A DNA stretch of 32,000 nucleotides, from assembly GCA_000175855.1 (NCBI GenBank), contig ACYB01000035.1, forward strand, positions 360,001 to 392,000, given 5' to 3'. The DNA comes from Raphidiopsis brookii D9 (lineage in GTDB: Bacteria > Cyanobacteriota > Cyanobacteriia > Cyanobacteriales > Nostocaceae). The stretch's first letter is position 1. The number at the start of each line of letters is the position of its first letter. The position numbers and the translations under genes were made by a program. Below, piece after piece: positions 27,041 through 32,000 of the stretch. A model generated the notes under the pieces. The model did no database searches. It worked only from the letters and a program-made list of their open reading frames with translations, and was not told where the DNA came from.

Positions 27041-27481
27041 ATGCAGAAAGTTGACAAACAACGGAGGAACATGAAAAATTCATCAAGCTACCTGATCCCC
27101 TTTATGACTCTAGTATTAGTAACCCCTGGGATCTTAATCGTAACTGGAACAAGCGCTATTGCCCAATTCTCTGACTGTCAGAAGGCAGTTACCCAAGCTC
27201 AGTTGAATCAATGTGCAGCTATCAACGCAAAAACCGCAGATCAAAAATTAAATGACGCTTATAAGAAAGCCTTGGCAATTTATAAAGGTAAACCCCAAGC
27301 CAAACTTCTAGTAGCTGCGGAAGAAGCGTGGATTAAATATCGGGATGCCAGTTGCGCATTTTCCAGAAGTCGCGTGGAAGGGGGGTCTATTATGCCAATG
27401 GTATATTTAAATTGCCTGGAAAGATTGACTAAGGAACGGACTCAGGAACTTGCAAGATACCAAAAAGAGGGTTCTTTTTAA
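27041..27481 (+). CDS. LprI/DUF1311-family protein (lysozyme-inhibitor-like), secreted
   Basis: Signal peptide, then C-x-x-A-x-TQAQLNQCA...LNDAYKKAL...AEEAWIKYRDASCAF, the DUF1311 pattern with conserved Cys pairs. Confidence 0.7.
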   Translation: MQKVDKQRRNMKNSSSYLIPFMTLVLVTPGILIVTGTSAIAQFSDCQKAVTQAQLNQCAAINAKTADQKLNDAYKKALAIYKGKPQAKLLVAAEEAWIKYRDASCAFSRSRVEGGSIMPMVYLNCLERLTKERTQELARYQKEGSF

Positions 27482-27635
27482 TCTAGCGTAGGACTGGTGG
27501 TAAGCTGAAAACTGGTCTAAAAGTCTGTCACCTACCAAGCTCCCGTTTGTTTTACGTGTGAACTTGACAAAAGAGATAAGACAAAGCGAATAGTGTAAAT
27601 AAGAATATTGGCAAACTTCAAAATTAATTAATATT

Positions 27636-28061
27636 GTGAGAGTAATTGAAATGTTGATTATTGGTAATACCAAACTCAAAGGTAGAGGTATATTTGCAAA
27701 AAAACGCTTTGTCAAAGGAGAAATTATTGATCGATATCCTGTGGTAGTAATACCATCAGTAGAAGTTCAATTTATTGATCAAACAATTTTGGGTAATTAT
27801 TATTTTGACTGGGAAAATAAAACAGCAGCGATCGCTTTAGGTCTAGGATCTCTAGTCAATCATTCCTATTATCCCAATAGCTTTTATGTAAAGAAATTTA
27901 CTGAAGAAATAGTGGAATTTACTGCTTTACGAAATATAGAAGTAGGAGAAGAAATAACTGCTAATTATAATGGAAATCCTGATAATTTATCTCCAATATG
28001 GTTTGATGTTGCTGAAGAAATATCTTCAATATCAATGACTAACAATCATGGAGTTGATTAA
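27636..28061 (+). CDS. minimal SET-domain protein (putative lysine methyltransferase); likely start ATG 27651
   Basis: GRGIFAKKRFVKGEII, NHSYYPN (compare NHSCxPN) and GEEITANY (compare GEELxxxY). 136-141 aa with no accessory domains. Confidence 0.7.
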   Translation: MRVIEMLIIGNTKLKGRGIFAKKRFVKGEIIDRYPVVVIPSVEVQFIDQTILGNYYFDWENKTAAIALGLGSLVNHSYYPNSFYVKKFTEEIVEFTALRNIEVGEEITANYNGNPDNLSPIWFDVAEEISSISMTNNHGVD

Positions 28062-28071
28062 CTTTTACTAC

Positions 28072-29820
28072 TTACACAGGGTTTAACTGAGTTGGTGTTG
28101 ATACTACTTGCCAAAGTGAGGCATATAGCCCTTCTTGTTCAATCAAATTGCCGTGAGAACCTGAAGCTACTAGTTTTCCATTTTCTAAGACAAAAATTGT
28201 ATTTGCACCTAACACCTGTTTTAAGGAGTGAGTGATGACAATAACAGTGCGTTCTTTAGCGAGTTGTTCCAGAGTAGAAATTATTTCTGCTTCAGTGAGA
28301 GGATCTAATGCTGATGTAGCTTCATCAAGAATTAAAATGGCTGGATTTCTAATTAACGCCCTAGCTAAAGCAATTCTTTGTTTTTGTCCCCCTGAAAGTT
28401 GTCCACCGCGATCGCCAACAGAACTATCATAACCCTCAGGTAATGTTAAGATAAAATCGTGTATTTGTGCTGCTTTGGCTGCGGTTTCCACCGCTTCATC
28501 AGTCGCTTTTAAATTACCCATACGGATATTTTCTCGCATGGAATAATTAAATAATATCACTTCTTGAGAAACTAAGCCAATTTGAGAACGTAGCGATCCC
28601 ATTGTTGCTTGACACAAATCAATCCCATCAAATAGAATTTTTCCTGATGTTGGTTCATAAAGTCGTGTGATTAAATTAACAATTGTACTTTTGCCTGCAC
28701 CACTACCACCAACGAAAGCGACAAAATCACCTTTACGTATTTTTAACGATAAATTTTCAATTCCACATCTATCTTCACTGTATTTAAACGACACATTATC
28801 AAAGTAAATTTCCCGTTCAAAATTTGATAACTCTATTGCATCTGATGCATCTTTAATTTTCGGAACTTCTTGTAAAATATCTTCAATACGCTGCATTCCT
28901 GCTGCACCATTAATCACATGAGGTAATCCCCAACTAAAGTAGTTAATACTAGAATGTAGTCCCATTAATACTACTTGATTAGAAACCAATGTTCCCACTG
29001 AAATCCAATTCTGGTAGGTCATTAAGGAACTGACACCCAAAATTATAATCTGCACTAGGATAAAAGTAATCTCAGGAACTCTTTGCACTAAATAAGATAA
29101 AAACTTAGAAGTGACATATATTTGTTTTAATTCTACTAGTTGATTAGTAAAATCCTCGGACATTCTGGTTTCTAGTCCAAGCACTTTAATAACAGTCTGA
29201 GAGATAATATTTTCTTCTATTATACTAGCAAGATATCCTTCTTTTTGTCTAAGTTCATAGTTTGGTTGAGTCGCAAAACGGATGGCTATAGTGGGTGCAA
29301 AGGTACAGATAATTAATCCTAGAGAACTAAAAAGAGCTAATTTCCAATTGAGGTAAAATAAATAAACACCTGAAAAAATAATATGAGTGATATTTAAAAA
29401 TATCACGGTCATTCCTTGAATAATGCAGTATTCTACTTTTTCTGTATCAGCCAGAAAACGGTTGACAATATTGCCAGCAGAATTTATCCCAAAAAATCTC
29501 ATTGATAATATTTGGATATGGTTAAACAAATCCCGCCTTATACCATTAGCAATTAAAATACTAAACTGAGCATCAAAATAATCAACTAACAAACTAATAA
29601 TTGTGAATAAAATTGTGCTTCCACCTAATAATAATAGAATAAAAATTAGTAAATCATAATCTTGAGGAATAATTGCTTGGTCAATAATAAATTTAAAACT
29701 AGCACCCATTCCAGCATTAAATATTCCCTCAAATATCCGCCCCAATATCAAAAATATTGCCATCCATTTGTAAGGATAAATATATTTGATGACCGTTTGT
29801 AGAAATTTCCAAATACTCAT
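28072..29820 (-). CDS. ABC exporter, fused permease/ATPase half-transporter (MsbA-like)
   Basis: Six-TM ABC_membrane domain, Walker A GGSGAGKST, signature LSGGQKQRIALARAL and Walker B ILILDEATSALD. Confidence 0.9.
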   Translation of the reverse strand: MSIWKFLQTVIKYIYPYKWMAIFLILGRIFEGIFNAGMGASFKFIIDQAIIPQDYDLLIFILLLLGGSTILFTIISLLVDYFDAQFSILIANGIRRDLFNHIQILSMRFFGINSAGNIVNRFLADTEKVEYCIIQGMTVIFLNITHIIFSGVYLFYLNWKLALFSSLGLIICTFAPTIAIRFATQPNYELRQKEGYLASIIEENIISQTVIKVLGLETRMSEDFTNQLVELKQIYVTSKFLSYLVQRVPEITFILVQIIILGVSSLMTYQNWISVGTLVSNQVVLMGLHSSINYFSWGLPHVINGAAGMQRIEDILQEVPKIKDASDAIELSNFEREIYFDNVSFKYSEDRCGIENLSLKIRKGDFVAFVGGSGAGKSTIVNLITRLYEPTSGKILFDGIDLCQATMGSLRSQIGLVSQEVILFNYSMRENIRMGNLKATDEAVETAAKAAQIHDFILTLPEGYDSSVGDRGGQLSGGQKQRIALARALIRNPAILILDEATSALDPLTEAEIISTLEQLAKERTVIVITHSLKQVLGANTIFVLENGKLVASGSHGNLIEQEGLYASLWQVVSTPTQLNPV

Positions 29821-29829
29821 TTTTGGCTC

Positions 29830-30840
29830 TTAATTAAAAAGGAACTTCTCACTACTACTATATCTTTGCCATGCTGCATCAACTATAGCATTAACCATTT
29901 CTGTATAGGAAATTCCGGCTAAACGTCCCATAATCGGCAAATCTGAGTAGATATAATCAAGTCCTGGTAAGGGGTTGATTTCCAAAAAATGTAATACTCC
30001 ATTGGCATCACAACGCAAGTCTAAACGCGCAGCATCTCGACAACCAAGGAGATAATAAACCTCTAAGGCAAGTTGTTCTGCTTGTATAGCTAACGGTTCA
30101 GGATTCGTTATTAATTGATAAGCTATTCTGTCTAGATACTCCTGTTTATTTAAAGTTGTATAGGAGTCTGTTTCTGCTTTATCTGTAAAAATTACTTCCA
30201 TGATTCCGACTACTTTTGCCTGACTACCATTGCCAATAATACCGACTGTTATTTCTCTCCCAGGGAGGAAAGTTTCTACTAGTATAGGCTGTTGAAATTG
30301 ATTGTATAATGTTTGACAAATGTTAAACAATTCTGCTTTATCTTTGACTAAAGATTGACCAGTTATACCTTTAGAACTCCCCTCAGATAAGGGTTTACAA
30401 AAAAGTGGCAGAGGTAGGTTAATATTAGCAATTTCTACAATATTGTTAATAACAATAAAAGGGGCTGTTGGTAACCCGCGATCACGCACTATTCTTTTAG
30501 TCAAGGCTTTATCTAAAGTTAAGGCACAAGTGAGAGGGTCAGAAAATGTATAAGCCTGATCAAATAACTCACAAACTGCCGGAACTTGAGCTTCACGCGA
30601 TCGCCCTTTTATACCTTCAGCGATATTAAACACTAAATCCCAGCGATCGCCATTTACTAACTTGCGCGTCAATTCCCCACCATTACCAATACGTTCTACT
30701 TGATGTCCCAAATCATTAAGGGTATTTTCTAGGCCGATGATGGTTTCTTCATCATCAAATTCCATGACTTCTGTAGTACTAAAACCTGCCTTAATATATT
30801 CGGTTTTCAAGTCATAACATAGTCCAATTAATAATCCCAT
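29830..30840 (-). CDS. D-alanine--D-alanine ligase-family ATP-grasp enzyme (non-canonical subfamily)
   Basis: N-terminus GLCYDLKTEY...EFDDEETIIGLENTLNDLGHQVERIG. ATP-grasp core: KALTKRIVRDRGLPTAPF, PLFCKPLSEGSSKGI, VETFLPGREITVGIIGN and RLDLRCDANGVLHFLEINPLPGL. Confidence 0.8.
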   Translation of the reverse strand: MGLLIGLCYDLKTEYIKAGFSTTEVMEFDDEETIIGLENTLNDLGHQVERIGNGGELTRKLVNGDRWDLVFNIAEGIKGRSREAQVPAVCELFDQAYTFSDPLTCALTLDKALTKRIVRDRGLPTAPFIVINNIVEIANINLPLPLFCKPLSEGSSKGITGQSLVKDKAELFNICQTLYNQFQQPILVETFLPGREITVGIIGNGSQAKVVGIMEVIFTDKAETDSYTTLNKQEYLDRIAYQLITNPEPLAIQAEQLALEVYYLLGCRDAARLDLRCDANGVLHFLEINPLPGLDYIYSDLPIMGRLAGISYTEMVNAIVDAAWQRYSSSEKFLFN

Positions 30841-30917
30841 TGCTGTTAACTAACTCCATCATTGTCTTTTATCGTAATCTTAGATATTTCCTTGATTCTT
30901 ACGGTTTTTGGTTAAGT

Positions 30918-32000
30918 CTAGTCAACTGGATCTAGATAAGTAAAACTCCTATCCTGCCAGTTTTTCACAATTGCTTTGCCATTTTCATAACCAATTAATG
31001 TTTCTGGTTGAATTGGTACCTTGCCACCTCCACCAGGGGCATCAATGACATAAGTAGGTATAGCATAACCTGTAGTATGACTACGCAATTTAGAGATTAA
31101 ATCTAAACCACTTTGAATGCTGGTGCGTAAATGAGAAGTACCGACTACTGGGTCACACTGATAAAGATAATAAGGCCGTACACGCAATTTTAGCAGACCG
31201 TGAAATAAATTTTTCAGAGCCTGTTCCGAGTCATTTACACCTTTAAGGAGTACAGTTTGACAACCTAAAGGAATGCCACCATCAGCCAGTAAATCACAGG
31301 CTTGGGCTACTTCCAATGTTAATTCTCGCAGATGACAAAAATGCACGGATAACCACACACGGTGTTTACGCAATACCTTGACTAATTCCGGTGTGATCCT
31401 CTGTGGCAAGAAACAGGGGACACGAGAACCAATTCTCACAAATTCAATATGGGAAATCCCTCGTAACCTTCCTAGTAAACTATCTAATACCTGATTAGAC
31501 ATCAATAAAGGATCACCTCCAGAAATTAAAACATCACGTACTTCTGTATGATCTTCTAGATAATTAATCATTGCATCTAAACGATGTTTAATGGGGGTCA
31601 TTTCCCCTTGACTAACTAAACGCGAACGAGTGCAATAACGACAGTAGGCAGCGCAACTATCTAAAGCTAATAGTAATACTCTGTCAGGGTAACGATGTAC
31701 TATTCCCGGAACGGGCGATTGATTATCCTCTCCACATGGATCTATCATATCCCCAGAACTAACTATCAATTCTTCTTTCCTAGGTATTACTTGTAATCGC
31801 AGTGGACAATTAGCATCTTCAGGATCAAGCAGGGATGCAAAGTAGGGTGTGACAGCTACAGCAAACTTATCCACTGCCATTATAAAACCCTGTTCTTCTT
31901 CCGGAGTCAGGCATAGTAACTTCTGAAACTGTTCTAACTTAGTTAAGCGATGGCGCATTTGCCATTGCCAATCTTTCCAGCTTTCAGGTTCATAGGTTTC
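30918..32000 (-). CDS. KamA-family radical-SAM amino-acid 2,3-aminomutase (lysine 2,3-aminomutase-like); 5' end lies beyond the window
   Basis: CAAYCRYCTRS (CxxxCxxC), SGGDPL, VRPYYLYQCD and VIDAPGGGGKVPI (PLP-Lys). The frame stays open upstream of Met 31958 (ETYEPESWKDWQWQ) to the window edge. Confidence 0.9.
   Translation of the reverse strand, partial: ETYEPESWKDWQWQMRHRLTKLEQFQKLLCLTPEEEQGFIMAVDKFAVAVTPYFASLLDPEDANCPLRLQVIPRKEELIVSSGDMIDPCGEDNQSPVPGIVHRYPDRVLLLALDSCAAYCRYCTRSRLVSQGEMTPIKHRLDAMINYLEDHTEVRDVLISGGDPLLMSNQVLDSLLGRLRGISHIEFVRIGSRVPCFLPQRITPELVKVLRKHRVWLSVHFCHLRELTLEVAQACDLLADGGIPLGCQTVLLKGVNDSEQALKNLFHGLLKLRVRPYYLYQCDPVVGTSHLRTSIQSGLDLISKLRSHTTGYAIPTYVIDAPGGGGKVPIQPETLIGYENGKAIVKNWQDRSFTYLDPVD

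Noticed and set aside
390-28432. Antisense or overlapping ORFs from the track: 390-620, 1455-1670, 3517-3723, 5266-5565, 7594-7806, 11153-11407, 12426-12653, 14020-14250, 19047-19394, 19864-20082, 20098-20355, 20407-20652, 21100-21399, 24467-24736, 24944-25126, 25655-26044, 27407-27715 and 28232-28432.
   Set aside because: Each lies inside, or largely overlaps, a longer ORF on the other strand that has clear family motifs. Their translations are low-complexity or Cys/Ser/Pro-rich with no motifs. They are treated as shadow ORFs.

Overview
This is a cyanobacterial chromosome fragment. By eye there are about 26 copies of the HIP1 octamer GCGATCGC in 32 kb, and the protein set looks typical of filamentous, Nostocales-type cyanobacteria; no species call is possible without a search.

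The window has three parts.

(1) 1-15.8 kb, mostly core genes: a GGCT-like protein, recR, an Rrf2 regulator divergent from a Crp-family regulator plus TauE/TSUP permease, a PIG-V-like membrane glycosyltransferase, dxr, a hotdog thioesterase, a DinG-like protein with degenerate ATPase motifs, a sigma-like protein, a sensor histidine kinase, and ppk1 with a Pho-box-like promoter element.

(2) 15.8-25.3 kb, an eroded accessory or defence-type island:
- 87-bp HIP1-bounded tandem repeats flank an AT-rich orphan beta-class DNA methyltransferase.
- A DUF805 gene and a frameshifted trypsin-like protease remnant follow.
- A gene pair encodes a 6-TM/FHA-like protein and a TM-vWA-TM protein.
- A two-repeat CRISPR remnant sits next to a Cas3-like helicase fragment and a WYL-domain fragment.
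- A 98-bp duplicate of the vWA gene 3' end abuts one and a half identical IS1-family copies, which form a perfect 368-bp inverted repeat.
- A 5' fragment of phosphoketolase ends the island.

(3) 25.3-32 kb: a secreted pectate-lyase-like protein, an LprI/DUF1311 protein, a minimal SET-domain protein, and a minus-strand operon of KamA-family radical-SAM aminomutase -> Ddl-like ATP-grasp ligase -> ABC exporter. The operon is cut by the window edge.

The best candidates for something undescribed are the aminomutase/ATP-grasp/exporter operon and the FHA-like/vWA membrane pair inside the decayed defence island. Neither can be confirmed from sequence alone.

Several genes look damaged: ppk1 has a +1 frameshift in an A7 run, recR lacks a canonical start codon, and the protease, helicase, WYL and xfp genes are fragments. 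This suggests genome erosion or homopolymer sequencing errors. No rRNA or tRNA genes were recognised.
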